Source: Rhabdochlamydiaceae bacterium (lineage in GTDB: Bacteria > Chlamydiota > Chlamydiia > Chlamydiales > Rhabdochlamydiaceae). Taken from it: DNA of 64,000 nt. The stretch is from NCBI GenBank assembly GCA_047459655.1, contig JAJREF010000001.1:264219-328218 (forward strand), written 5' to 3'. Made by a program: the position numbers and the translations under genes. This document shows positions 42,432 through 53,400 of this stretch, piece by piece; positions within the stretch are counted from its first letter, which is position 1, and the number at the start of each line of letters is the position of its first letter. Under the pieces are notes generated by a model that saw only the letters and a list, made by a program, of their open reading frames with translations, did no database searches and was not told the DNA's origin.

Positions 42432-42680
42432 TTATCTACAGCAGCCAGAACCTTTATTATTATCATTACTGCTGCAGCCACAGATCGCCTTACATTTACT
42501 TAAAAATCCAAGACCCCATACGCCAGCTAACCCTACGATTGAATAAATCACACGCGCCATAGGATTCGTTTGGCCATGTGCTAACCAAGCAACTAAATCA
42601 AATTGAAAAAATCCCCATAGTCCCCAGTTAAGTGCACCTACTAGGATCAATAACAAAGCTAAAAAATTCAATGTTTTCAT
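42432..42680 (-). CDS. DUF378-family small membrane protein with a Cys-rich tail
   Basis: ATG at 42680. LLILVGALNWGLWGFFQFDLVAW is the DUF378 signature. The tail is CKAICGCSSNDNNKGSGCC. Confidence 0.65.
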   Translation of the reverse strand: MKTLNFLALLLILVGALNWGLWGFFQFDLVAWLAHGQTNPMARVIYSIVGLAGVWGLGFLSKCKAICGCSSNDNNKGSGCCR

Positions 42681-42784
42681 AAGATTCTCCGAATGTTTTA
42701 ATAAGCCTAGGCAATCGTTGATTCCGCCCTTACCACCACAGTATAGAAAAAGTTTCACTCTTTGTCATTCTTTTTTTGTTCCCT

Positions 42785-42853
42785 GAACCTATCCCGATAA
42801 TAAGATTTCAAAGAACCCAAAAATCAACAGAAATTTATTATCGGGATAGATTC
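42785..42853. repeat. 69-bp palindromic element, an internally deleted relative of the 130-bp element at 60144
   Basis: GAACCTATCCCGATAATAAGATTTC...GAAATTTATTATCGGGATAGATTC matches the outer parts of both arms of the element at 60144..60273. Confidence 0.7.
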
Positions 42854-42913
42854 TCTCTCTTGAAGTTAATTATTACACCTGGTATCGTGACCCAACCTCA
42901 TTAGAGATTTATT

Positions 42914-43204
42914 ATGAATAAAGAAGATCTAAAAAAATTAGCTAAATTATGCAGGATTTCCTGTACAAAAGAGGAAGAAGAAAAGTTCTTAGAAAGCCTT
43001 AGTGAAGTGCTTGCTCATGTCGAAGAATTAAAAAAAGTTGATACCCAAGGAGTTCCCTGCTGTAATATGGTACTCGACACTCTTTCAAATGTCTTGCGTG
43101 AGGATACTCCCGGAAATCTGCTCTCTAGAGAAGCGTTTCTTGCTAACACCCCTGCCCATGTAGGTGGTATGGTCAAAGTCCCTCCTGTTTTAAAGCAAGG
43201 ATAA
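42914..43204 (+). CDS. gatC: Asp/Glu-tRNA amidotransferase subunit C
   Basis: 96 aa. The sequence, including LAKLCRISCTKEEEEKF, resembles GatC, and the gene lies immediately upstream of gatA and gatB. Confidence 0.9.
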   Translation: MNKEDLKKLAKLCRISCTKEEEEKFLESLSEVLAHVEELKKVDTQGVPCCNMVLDTLSNVLREDTPGNLLSREAFLANTPAHVGGMVKVPPVLKQG

Positions 43205-43207
43205 TCT

Positions 43208-44682
43208 ATGACATATCGCTACTCTGCGCACGAATTACACGAACTTTTTCTGAAGGGAGAAATCTCTGCACAAGAAATTGTTGCAAAGACGTTAGCTCGC
43301 ATTGATAAACATGATGCTAAGGTAGGCGCCTCTCTCTCTCTCTTTGGCGATAAATGTATAGAAAAAGCAAAAGCTCTTGATCTCAAACGCTCTCGCAAAG
43401 AAAAGGTCGGCAAACTCGCAGGGGTTGTGATCGCAATCAAAGATAATCTCCACAAAAGGGAGAAATCACCACCTGCGGTTCTAAATTTTTATCTAACTAC
43501 AGGGCTGTTTTTGATTCTACCGTTGTCCGCCTTTTAGAAGAGGAAGATGCCCTCATCATTGGAAAAACCAATCTCGATGAATTTGCGATGGGTTCATCGA
43601 CAGAAAACTCTGCGTACCAGCTCACACATAATCCTTGGAATCTTGATTGCTCACCAGGAGGATCCTCCGGAGGATCTTCTGCTGCGGTTGCGGCAAGATT
43701 CTGCCCGCTAGCTTTTGGCAGCGATACCGGTGGATCGATCCGCCAGCCCGCTGCTCTGACTGGGATCGTAGGCTTTAAACCCACCTATGGAAGAGTTTCC
43801 CGATTTGGGCTTGTAGCTTTTGCCTCTTCTTTAGATCAAGTAGGACCTTTTGCAACGTCAGTGAAAGATGCCGCTCTTGCGATGGAAGTGATCGGGAAGC
43901 ATTGCAAATATGACTCAACTAGCCTACAGACACCTCCACAGGATTATGTCAAAGGGTTGGATACTGCCATCCAAGGGATGAAAATTGGCGTGCCAACAAG
44001 TGCTATAAAAAACTTAGACCCTGAAGCAAGGGAAAATTTCTATGCCTCTCTCAAAACACTCGAAAGTCTCGGCTGCTCCATCATAGAGATTAACCTAGAC
44101 CTTACCCAACACTCGATTGCCATGTATTATATTCTTGCAACTGCAGAAGCCTCTACCAACTTAGCTAGGTTTGATGGGATCCGCTATGGCAATAGATCTT
44201 CTAAAGCTACAACCGTAGAAGAGGTCTTTGACCTTTCAAGGGCAGAGGGATTTGGGGCTGAAGTGAAAAGGCGTATTTTGCTGGGCACCTATGTTGCCTC
44301 TTCTGGGTACCAAGATGCCTACTATAAAAAAGCACAAAAAGTGAGATACTTGCTGATCCAAGAATTTAATAAAGCATTCAAATTCTGCTCGGCAATTGTC
44401 TCTCCTACAGCCCCCACTACGGCATTTAAATTAGGTGCCATCCAAAATCCCCTTCAGATGTACCTCCAAGATATCTACACTATCCCACCCAATCTTGCGG
44501 GTCTTCCTGCCATCTCCATCCCTGCAGGCTTTAGTAAAGATGGAAAACCATTTGGACTCCATCTGACAGGACCTCAAATGCACGACCTTCAAATACTTTC
44601 TCTTGCGCACCATTTTGAAAAAGCAACGGGCTTTAATAGAAAAATTCCACCCCTTTTTGACGATGAGGCAAACAGTGACTGA
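43208..44682 (+). CDS. gatA: Asp/Glu-tRNA amidotransferase subunit A; frame broken once
   Basis: Amidase signature GGSSGGSSAAVAA and GSDTGGSIRQPAA. The shifted segment reads ITTCGSKFLSNY...DSTVV. The frame change lies in the A4G3 run 43454-43460. Confidence 0.9.
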
Positions 44683-46126
44683 TCTTAATTATGAAAACTG
44701 GCAGCCCGTGATTGGCCTTGAGATTCACGTACAGCTGAATACAAAAACAAAGCTGTTCGGAGAAGAAAGATACCTATTCGGGACTGAACCCAATACTGAT
44801 ATAGGCGTTGTCTGCACAGGTCAACCCGGCGCTCTTCCCGTTCTAAACAAAGAAGCTGTTCGCAAAGCCGTCCAGTTTGGTTGCGCAATCCACGCCAACA
44901 TCTCGCCTGTGTCTAAGTTTGATCGTAAATCCTATTTTTATCCCGATAGCCCTAAAAACTTTCAAATCACCCAGTTTGACCAGCCCATTATTACAGGTGG
45001 TATCATCACCTGTGAAGTAGAAGAGCAGGTTAAACACTTCAAAGTCAATAGAGCCCATATTGAAGAAGATTCTGGGATGCTCAAGCACTTCACGAACTTC
45101 TCTGGGATTGATTATAATAGAGCAGGGGCTGCCCTACTTGAAATCGTCTCAGAGCCTTGCCTCCACTCTCCTAAAGATGCTGTTGCTTACGCAACATCCA
45201 TCAAAGCCATCATGGAGTATATCGATGCTTCTGACTGCAACATGGATGAAGGCTCTTTACGTATTGATGTCAATATCTCTATAAAACATAAAGATGAACA
45301 AACTCTCCGTAATAAAGTTGAAATCAAAAACATGAACTCTTTCTCTTATATGGCAATTGCCATAGAAGAAGAAATCCGCCGCCAGATCAAATTCTACACC
45401 TCCCATCCCCATGATAAAATAGAGCAAGGCACCTACCGTTTTGATCCCGACAAAAAGGCCCTCGTTTTGATGCGGATTAAAGAAAATGCAGAAGACTATG
45501 GCTACATCCCTGAACCTGACATACCTCCTATCATGCTCGCTGCTTCCTTCATCGAAGAAATAAGAGCTGCTCTTCCAGAACTCCCTTATGCGCGCTACAA
45601 GAGATATCTCTCAGAACTCAAGCTTCCCGTTCAGTTCGCAGAAGTCTTAGTGAGCAGCAAAAAGCTTTCCGACTATTTTGAAGGAGCCCTTGCGATCACC
45701 CCCAATGCCCGATCGCTTGCCAACTGGATCACCGTTGAATTTGCCGGCAGGCTCAAAGAAAGTGGTAAAATGCTCTGGGACCTTCCTATCCCCTTCTCTC
45801 ACATCGCAGAGCTCGTCTCTCTCATCGATCAAGGAACCATCAACGGAAAAATTGCCAAAAGTGTTGCGGATGACATGTGCCTTTCTCCGGGCAAGTCCCC
45901 TTCCGACATTGTAAAAGCCAACCCCGACTACCAACCTGTGAATGACACGAAAGAAATTGAAGGCCTGATTGATCAAGTGCTCGCTGAAAATTCCCAGTCC
46001 ATCACAGACTACAAAGCGGGTAAAACAAAAGCCTTTGCCTTCCTCGTAGGACAAGTCATGAAGCTCTGCAAAGGAAAAGCCTCCCCCACGCTCGTTAATG
46101 AAATCTTAAACAAGAAGTTGCTATGA
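44663..46126 (+). CDS. gatB: Asp/Glu-tRNA amidotransferase subunit B
   Basis: ATG at 44663 (MRQTVTDLNYENW). IGLEIHVQLNT, FDRKSYFYPDSPKNFQITQ and EEDSGML match GatB. Confidence 0.9.
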   Translation: MRQTVTDLNYENWQPVIGLEIHVQLNTKTKLFGEERYLFGTEPNTDIGVVCTGQPGALPVLNKEAVRKAVQFGCAIHANISPVSKFDRKSYFYPDSPKNFQITQFDQPIITGGIITCEVEEQVKHFKVNRAHIEEDSGMLKHFTNFSGIDYNRAGAALLEIVSEPCLHSPKDAVAYATSIKAIMEYIDASDCNMDEGSLRIDVNISIKHKDEQTLRNKVEIKNMNSFSYMAIAIEEEIRRQIKFYTSHPHDKIEQGTYRFDPDKKALVLMRIKENAEDYGYIPEPDIPPIMLAASFIEEIRAALPELPYARYKRYLSELKLPVQFAEVLVSSKKLSDYFEGALAITPNARSLANWITVEFAGRLKESGKMLWDLPIPFSHIAELVSLIDQGTINGKIAKSVADDMCLSPGKSPSDIVKANPDYQPVNDTKEIEGLIDQVLAENSQSITDYKAGKTKAFAFLVGQVMKLCKGKASPTLVNEILNKKLL

Positions 46127-46854
46127 CAACATCCATGCCTGCCTTTACAGCTGAAGAACAATCCGTTAGAAAAAAGTGGCTCACGCTTTTTAAATTCTCT
46201 GTTGCATTTGCTTTTTTCCCCTCGATGCTCGTTGCCGTTGCCCTTTGTTTTACAAATCCCATTTATCTTCTATGGTATATTCCACTCTTGGTAATTATAT
46301 TTTTTGTTTTTCATTATTCCCTTTACCATTGTGCCTATAAACACCAAGGAACAACTGTATTAACGATTGACATAATATTTTTTATAATTTTCGCTGTATG
46401 GTCATTCCTTGCTATTCTTTTCTTATCTTATGGTTTTGAAAGACCTTATGACATTGGTTATTTACTCTGTATGCTTATATTGGATGTTTTTTGGATCTTT
46501 CCTAGTATTAAATTAAGAAAAATAAATAAAAAATACTCAAAATTAGCCTCTGAGAAGAAATGTGAATACCTTAGCTTAGAAATACAAAAGGCTTCCACCC
46601 TAGGAGAACTCGACATACGCCGTCACTTTGCATTTCAAACCCTTCCTTCCTTTGAAGCTCGTTTTTCTGAAGTATATGCAAAGAAAAGAGGAGCTGGAAC
46701 TCCTCTTATCTGTGATGACAGAAAAGTCTATCTAAAATTGCTCGCTAAAGCCAAACAACTATTTGCTTGTCGTATGTTGCGTGTAGCGCCTGCAAGGCAG
46801 CATATACCTAGCGTTGTTAATGCTAAACCTGCTCTCATGATTGCAGTATGGTGA
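46123..46854 (+). CDS. hypothetical membrane protein (start overlaps the gatB stop by ATGA; 3' end uncertain)
   Basis: 243 codons with four hydrophobic segments in the first 130 aa. The last ~40 codons are antisense to the convergent ORF 46728..47654. Confidence 0.4.
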   Translation: MTTSMPAFTAEEQSVRKKWLTLFKFSVAFAFFPSMLVAVALCFTNPIYLLWYIPLLVIIFFVFHYSLYHCAYKHQGTTVLTIDIIFFIIFAVWSFLAILFLSYGFERPYDIGYLLCMLILDVFWIFPSIKLRKINKKYSKLASEKKCEYLSLEIQKASTLGELDIRRHFAFQTLPSFEARFSEVYAKKRGAGTPLICDDRKVYLKLLAKAKQLFACRMLRVAPARQHIPSVVNAKPALMIAVW

Positions 46855-47654
46855 ATCTGGATAAATTTATTGATTCTTTGATAAAGATCATGATTTCTTG
46901 ATTCAGAGTGACTTCCCTGCGTGCTAGGTTTATAGCAATAAGCCACAGATAAACAGATTGCTCCGAAAGCAACCAAACAGATGCCGATAATATTCAAGCG
47001 GAAACTTAAAGCATTTTGCGCTTTTACTACACAAGTTTGCATGCTTGTCATTCCATCTCTCAAATGGTTGAGTGCTGCGTTTGCTTGCTGTTGTATTTGA
47101 GCCATCATTGTATCTTTTTCTGTAACGGTTACTTCCAAGGTTGCACAGCGATCAGCCAGTGTTTTGCTTAAATCTTGCGCCCCACCCAATTCACTGCGTA
47201 AGCCTTGAATAGTAGCATTGGCTTGCTCTTGCATTTGAGTCATCATTGTATCTTTTGCTACAACGGTTGTTTCTAGGCTCGTGCAACGATTAACCAGCAC
47301 TTTCCCTAGTTCTTGACTTTGATTGAGTTGGTTCTGCAAATCCGTAGCATGATCTACTAAAGCATCTAAGGTTTCTTCAGCCTGATCAAATAGTGCATCG
47401 ACTGCATTTTCAGGAAATACAGATAAAACAGGCTCTGCTTCAAAATCAATTTCGTCCAAAATATTTGCTGCTAATGCAGCTTGTTGATCGGCTGGTAATT
47501 GAGGGGTCATATTACCCAAATTTTCCTTGACCATTGTTGTAATTGCATCCATGCACCGCTTCATTGGAACGGGAATCTCTATTTCAGACGCTTCCATTAT
47601 TCGATACATGCTACACAAGCATGCTTCTGCAAGTTTCCTAGGATTAATTGTCAT
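46728..47654 (-). CDS. hypothetical coiled-coil protein with C-terminal paired hydrophobic segments (Inc-like candidate)
   Basis: 308 codons. Acidic N-terminus, two ~46-aa repeats (LVNRCTSLETTVVAKDTMMTQMQEQANA / LADRCATLEVTVTEKDTMMAQIQQQANA), then IIGICLVAFGAICLSVAYCY and AGLALTTLGICCLAGA. Confidence 0.5.
   Translation of the reverse strand: MTINPRKLAEACLCSMYRIMEASEIEIPVPMKRCMDAITTMVKENLGNMTPQLPADQQAALAANILDEIDFEAEPVLSVFPENAVDALFDQAEETLDALVDHATDLQNQLNQSQELGKVLVNRCTSLETTVVAKDTMMTQMQEQANATIQGLRSELGGAQDLSKTLADRCATLEVTVTEKDTMMAQIQQQANAALNHLRDGMTSMQTCVVKAQNALSFRLNIIGICLVAFGAICLSVAYCYKPSTQGSHSESRNHDLYQRINKFIQIHHTAIMRAGLALTTLGICCLAGATRNIRQANSCLALASNFR
47040..47303 (-). repeat. two tandem ~138-nt in-frame repeat units inside the coiled-coil gene
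   Basis: DNA and protein units align by eye with about 70% nucleotide identity. The period is 46 codons. Confidence 0.6.
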
Positions 47655-47787
47655 ATAAAGCCTCCATTATTAATGTCGAATAATTTTACATAATAATGAA
47701 GATTTCATCTATGTAAAATAAAATCTGAGCATAAAAAACAAAATAAAGATATTTTGACTAAAAAGCTGGGAAGAATATAGTGCGCTT

Positions 47788-49200
47788 ATGAGGCGTGCAA
47801 TCTTTCTTCTTCCGATTTTGCTATGCTCCTGCTTTGCGAATAGAGCAGCAATCAACCCCTATTCCTACGCCCCACAAAGGCAAAATAAATTTTGGAAACC
47901 AGGCGGTAAAGATAAAGAAAAGATCGAAGGGTTAGAAGAAGACACCGGCCCTCTTTCTTTAGCAGAGATTGTTGATATTTCGCTGAGAAATAATCCAGAA
48001 ACAAGGGTTACCTGGGCAGATGCAAGGGTTGCAGCTGCACAGTATGGACAATCGCAGAGTTCTGATTTTCCCACATTAACAAGCACCTATGCATGGTCAA
48101 GATTTAGAAACGTCTTAACAGCAGCAGATGGTTACGGCGGAACGGTTGCTGAACCCTATTTCTTTAGCCAGTGGGGCCCGCAGCTACAGCTTTCTTACAC
48201 CCTCCTTGATTTTGGGCAGGGAAGGGCTGCTGCGCAAACAGCCAAAGAGCTTTTATATAGCGCAGGCTACATCCATAACCGTAAGATACAGACGGTGATT
48301 CAGCAAGTCACTTCTGATTATTACAGCTACATCTACCAGCAAGAGCTTTTAAAAGCTAATGAGCAAGATGTCATTACAGCTGAAACCACGTATGAAGCAG
48401 CCAAGGTCAGTTTTGATGCGGGCATTAAAAGTCTTTCCGATCTTCTCCAGGCCAAAACAAAATTACTCCAAGCTCAGATCCAGCTTGTGACTCAAAATCA
48501 GACTCTTGTCGTTTCTTTAGCGAACTTGCTAACCGACATGGGGCTAAAAGCAAATCAAAAAATTCCCATTCGCAACATGCCTGAAGTTCCTCCCATTGAA
48601 GAAATGCTGGCAAGTGCGCAAGATCTTCTCAATGTCGCTTTAGAAAAACGCGCAGACCTGTTAGCTGCGCAAGCAAAGGTTCAATCGGAAGAGTACAATA
48701 TCGTCGCTGTACGGAGGCAATTTTTCCCAACGGTGACCTATAACCTGAACTTTGGAGAGACCTCTTATTCAAAAATAGGAAGTGACCGGTATGACTTTGT
48801 AACCACATTTTCTTTGAACTTTCCTATTTTTTCAGGATTTTCAACTCTGAATTCTCTTAAAATAGCAGAAGCTAATAAGGAAAAAGCAGAGGCAGAGCTT
48901 GCTCAAACACAACTTCAAGTTGTGAAAGATATCACGACATCCCACAGCGCTGTAGAGCAAGCTTTCGAAGCCCTCAAATTTTCTTCTGAGCTTTTAAAAG
49001 TAGCAGAAGAGCAGTACCAAGTAGCAATTGCCCTCTACAAAGCAGGCACAGGTAATATCTTAGAAGTCGTCTCTGCACAGGGTTCTCTTGCCAATGCAAG
49101 AGCGCAGTGTGCAAATGCTAATAATGAGTGGTTCACATCTCTCATCAATTTAAGTTATGCAGCTGGCTCTTTACAGCCTCCGGAGGCCAAAACTCTATGA
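47788..49200 (+). CDS. TolC/OprM-family outer-membrane efflux protein (lipoprotein signal)
   Basis: 470 aa with lipobox ILLCSC. It has the two-repeat OEP architecture, with DFPTLTSTYAW and FFPTVTYNLNF segments. Confidence 0.85.
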   Translation: MRRAIFLLPILLCSCFANRAAINPYSYAPQRQNKFWKPGGKDKEKIEGLEEDTGPLSLAEIVDISLRNNPETRVTWADARVAAAQYGQSQSSDFPTLTSTYAWSRFRNVLTAADGYGGTVAEPYFFSQWGPQLQLSYTLLDFGQGRAAAQTAKELLYSAGYIHNRKIQTVIQQVTSDYYSYIYQQELLKANEQDVITAETTYEAAKVSFDAGIKSLSDLLQAKTKLLQAQIQLVTQNQTLVVSLANLLTDMGLKANQKIPIRNMPEVPPIEEMLASAQDLLNVALEKRADLLAAQAKVQSEEYNIVAVRRQFFPTVTYNLNFGETSYSKIGSDRYDFVTTFSLNFPIFSGFSTLNSLKIAEANKEKAEAELAQTQLQVVKDITTSHSAVEQAFEALKFSSELLKVAEEQYQVAIALYKAGTGNILEVVSAQGSLANARAQCANANNEWFTSLINLSYAAGSLQPPEAKTL

Positions 49201-49201
49201 A

Positions 49202-49364
49202 GAGACCTCTACACAACTCTGGTAAACCGCTAAAATCGCGCTTTTTCCGCAGATTTTATTTTTCATATCTCGCCTACTCCATTGAGTATGTCTTCGATAT
49301 AAAATCAAAAATTTGCAAAAAAATCTTCGATTTTTTCGATTTGCCAGAGTTGTGCAGAGGTCTC
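49202..49364. mobile_element. 163-bp MITE-like element inserted between the tolC-like and MFP genes
   Basis: Its 21-bp terminal inverted repeats, GAGACCTCTACACAACTCTGG and CCAGAGTTGTGCAGAGGTCTC, differ at one position. It is flanked by the direct repeat ATGAA at 49197-49201 and 49365-49369. Confidence 0.8.
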
Positions 49365-50435
49365 ATGAAATGGGCATATTGGACTATTCCCCTACTTTTG
49401 CTTGGCTGCTCTAAAAAAGAGGTTCCACCTCCTACGCCCCCCTATGTTACAACCGGACAGGCCTCCTCCCAAAATGTCCCTTTTTATTTTGAATATGTAG
49501 GACACGTTGAAGCCTACCAATCGGTTGAAATCAAAGCTCAAGTCACCGGACTCATCAATGGACAATACTTCACCGAAGGACAAGAGGTGAAAGCAGGAGA
49601 TCTCCTTGTCACTATCGATGACCGCCCTTTTAGAGCAGCCCTCTCTAAGGCAGAGGCTGAACTTGCACAAAATATTGCAACTTTAAGGCAAGCAAGAGAA
49701 ACCGTTGAAAGGTACTCTCTCCTAGTAAAAGAAAGCTATATCTCTCAACTTGACTACGATCAGTTTGTGACAAACGTCTACACAGGTGAAGCAGCTATTA
49801 AGCAAAATTATGCAGATATTGAAACAGCTACGATCAACCTCAATTACTGCACAATCACCGCTCCCATCACTGGTGTTACAAGCAAGCTGCTCATCAACGT
49901 AGGAAATTACATCCCCGTCGGCGGAGAGAATCCCCTGATGAGCATTAACCAAGTCAAACCCATCAAAGTTGAGTTCAATGCTCCTGAAAAAGATCTTCCC
50001 TATATTACGCTTGCACAAAGCAAAGAGCCCCTCAAAGTGATTGCTTACTTGCAAGGAGCCCCCATTGAAGGAAAATTGCACCTGATCGACAACCAAGTCA
50101 ATACGGGGACGGGCATGATCCTTTTACAAGCGGTTTTTCCCAATGAAGATATGCGTCTATGGCCTGGAGAATTTGTTGATGTACGCGTCATTGTTGAGAT
50201 CAAAAAAGATGCTACAGTTATTCCAGCACAAGCTGTTTTACTTGGACAAGATGGACCTTATGTCTATGTATTAACAGAAAATAGGACGGTTGAATTGCGC
50301 CCTGTTTTACCTGGTCTCAAGGAAGGTAGCATGGTAGTCATTGATAAAGGAGTTTTTCCTGGAGAAACTGTGATTATCGAAGGGCAGATTAATCTTTCTC
50401 CTGGCGCCTCTGTTAGCATTAAAAACAAAATATGA
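49365..50435 (+). CDS. RND efflux membrane fusion protein (AcrA/MexA family lipoprotein)
   Basis: ATG at 49365 gives MKWAYWTIPLLLLGCSKKE (lipobox LLGC). YVGHVEAYQSVEIKAQVTG and NLNYCTITAPITG are HlyD/MFP-like. Confidence 0.85.
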   Translation: MKWAYWTIPLLLLGCSKKEVPPPTPPYVTTGQASSQNVPFYFEYVGHVEAYQSVEIKAQVTGLINGQYFTEGQEVKAGDLLVTIDDRPFRAALSKAEAELAQNIATLRQARETVERYSLLVKESYISQLDYDQFVTNVYTGEAAIKQNYADIETATINLNYCTITAPITGVTSKLLINVGNYIPVGGENPLMSINQVKPIKVEFNAPEKDLPYITLAQSKEPLKVIAYLQGAPIEGKLHLIDNQVNTGTGMILLQAVFPNEDMRLWPGEFVDVRVIVEIKKDATVIPAQAVLLGQDGPYVYVLTENRTVELRPVLPGLKEGSMVVIDKGVFPGETVIIEGQINLSPGASVSIKNKI

Positions 50436-53400
50436 ATATATCTAAGATCTTTATTGAGCGTCCTATCATGACAACACTTGTGATGATAGCGATTTTATTC
50501 TTTGGGATTTTTGCTTATAAAGCGCTGCCTGTCAGTGATCTGCCCGATGTTGAATTCCCAGCCATCACCGTTACAACGAATTATCCAGGTGCAAGCCCTG
50601 AGACAATCGCCAACAATGTGTCAACCCCTCTTGAACAAGCATTTTTAACTATTGGGGGTTTAAAAAACATTATCTCGACAAGTAGCACGGGAAGCTCTTC
50701 CATCGTTTTGCAATTTGCTATAGACAGATCAATCGATGCTGCAGCGCAAGATGTACAAGCAGCCATTAACCAAGCAACTCCCCATTTGCCGCAAGATCTT
50801 CCTTTTGCACCGACCTATCAAAAAGTTAATCCTTCCCAGACCCCTATCGTCTGGTTTGCGATCTCCTCTGCTACGATGCCCTCCTACCAACTCTATGATT
50901 ACGCCTATTCTTTTATAGGTGAACGTATCAGTACCATTGATGGTGTAGCGCAGGTTGTCGTCTTTGGAAGCCCCTTTGCAGTCAGAGTACAGGTAGACCC
51001 TCTGAAACTTGCAGCTAAAGGCATTGGACTTGAGGACGTTGCCTCTGCGTTAAAATCTCAAAACGTCAATATCCCAACCGGAAACCTTTACGGTAAACAC
51101 ACTGAGTTTTTCATCAATGTCGATGGACAGTTAAGTAAAGCAGCAGCCTACAACTCTATCATCATTAAAAACGAAGATGGAGCTATTGTGCGTTTGCAAG
51201 ATATCGGACAAGCTTTAGATAGCCTCTCCAATGACAAACAGTATCTTCGCTTTATCTCATCAGAAAAAGATCTCAACACCGTTGTTTTTGGAGTCAGGAC
51301 CCAGGCAGGGACAAACTCCATGACTGTGATCGAAAACATCAATACTATCCTGCCCCATCTTGAATCTGCCTTACCAGGGTCTGTACATCTTCGCCGCGTG
51401 TTTGATAAATCGATTTTTATTGAAGAATCAGTTGTCGATGTTCAATCCACTCTTTTGATTGCCTTCTTACTAGTTGTCTTGGTGGTTTTTTTCTACCTTG
51501 GAAAAGCAAAAAATACACTCATCCCAATGCTCGCTCTTCCCATATCTGTGATTGGAACATTTATCGTCATGTCTGTGATTGGCTATACCATCGATATCCT
51601 CTCGCTCCTGGCCATTACACTCTGTATCGGTTTTCTTGTCGATGATGCAATTGTTGTATTAGAAAACATCGTAAGACACGTAGAAATGGGAAAATCAGCC
51701 CTACAATCTGCCCTAGATGGATCAAAAGAGATCTCTTTTACCATCCTCTCAATGACCCTTTCTCTAGCCTCTATTTTTATTCCTCTCTTGTTCATGGGGG
51801 GATCATCGGAAGGATCTTTCATGAATTTGCAGTCGTCATTTTAACGGCTGTTTTAATATCTGGTTTTGTATCGCTCTCTCTTACACCCATGCTCTCCTCC
51901 CGCTTTATTGATACGGAGCACATAAAAAAAACATGGGTAGAAAAAATCGCGGGCATCTTCAATAAAACACTCCTCAACCTATATGAAAAAGGGTTAAGAA
52001 AGGTCTTTGCACACCCACGCATCACGTTATGTTTGGGGATTTTTAGCGTTGCGCTTAGCATCTTTCTATTCAAACAGCTACCGACAGATTTTTTGCCTCA
52101 GGAAGACCTTGGGGCTTTTCAAGTGTTTTCCCAATCTGTCGACGGAACTTCCACCTTCCAGACAGCAGAATACCAAAAAAAGATCAACCGCACCATCCAA
52201 CAATGCCCCCATGTCGATACAGCCTGCTCATTCTCTTCTTATCCTGATGACAATAAAGGATTAGTGTTTGTGAACCTGAAGCCATTTAATCAGCGCCCCT
52301 CTATTGAAAAAATCATGAAAGAGATGAAAGCAGAGCTTCAAGCCATCCCTGGCCTGCAGATTTTTTGTAAACCAATTCCCCTGATCGATCTCGATGTAGC
52401 AACCTCTTCTACAAAATCAGCCTACCAATATACGCTCCAAGGACTCGAAATAGATAGCCTCTATGCAGCTTCTAGCGTCATGCTCAAAAAGATCACAGCG
52501 CTTCCAGGGTTTAAACAAGTATCAACCGATTTAGAGCTTGGCCAACCTCAACTCATGGTGCATATTTTAAGAGATAAAGCCTCTTCTCTGAATATCTCTT
52601 CTCAAGCTATCGAACAAGCACTTTCCTATGCCTATGGAGCAACCTACCTATCCCCCATCAATACACCTCAAAATCAATATTATGTCATACTCGAGGTAGA
52701 GCCGAAGTTCTATAGAGATCCCACCATGTTATCCCTACTCTATGTGAAATCGATGACAGGCGACCTGATCCCTCTAAGCTCTGTTACCAAGATGGAACAA
52801 AAAGCAAGCCCCCTCAATATCAACCGCATTGCAGGCCTACCAGCTGTGAACATCTTCTTTGATCTTGATCAAGTTCCCCTTGGAACAGCGCTAGAGCAGA
52901 TCCACCAGATTGCCTTAGATGTACTACCACCCGATGTTACAGGTACACTTGTTGGAACAGCCAGCACTTTTAAAGAGTCGTTCAAAAATCTAAATTTTCT
53001 TCTACTTATCGCTTTTTTTCTCATCTACATTATCTTAGGAATTCTCTATGAGAACTTTTTTCATCCTCTTACGGTGATGTCAACACTGCCCCCCGCTGCC
53101 CTAGGAGGAATCCTTACCCTTCTCCTATTTGGCCATCCCCTTTCTCTTTATGCATTTGTCGGATTCATGCTACTTCTCGGCATTGTGATGAAAAATGGAA
53201 TTATCTTGATTGATTTTGCAAATGCAGCCATTCAGCAAGGAAAAGATCCCGTAGAAGCGATTACAAGCGCATGTCTTACACGCTTTCGCCCTATACTTAT
53301 GACTACTTTTTCAGCCCTCATGGGAGCTGTTCCGATTGCTTTGGGAATAGGTGGCATGACAGCCCAAGGAAGGATCCCTCTTGGCCTTGTGATTGTAGGA

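Noticed and set aside
49128-49364. The N-terminal 79 codons of the track ORF 49128..50435, i.e. a longer MFP protein.
   Set aside because: This stretch is the tolC 3' end plus the MITE read in frame. The lipoprotein signal peptide starts at the ATG at 49365. An extended isoform starting at 49197 remains formally possible and is noted in the finding on that junction.
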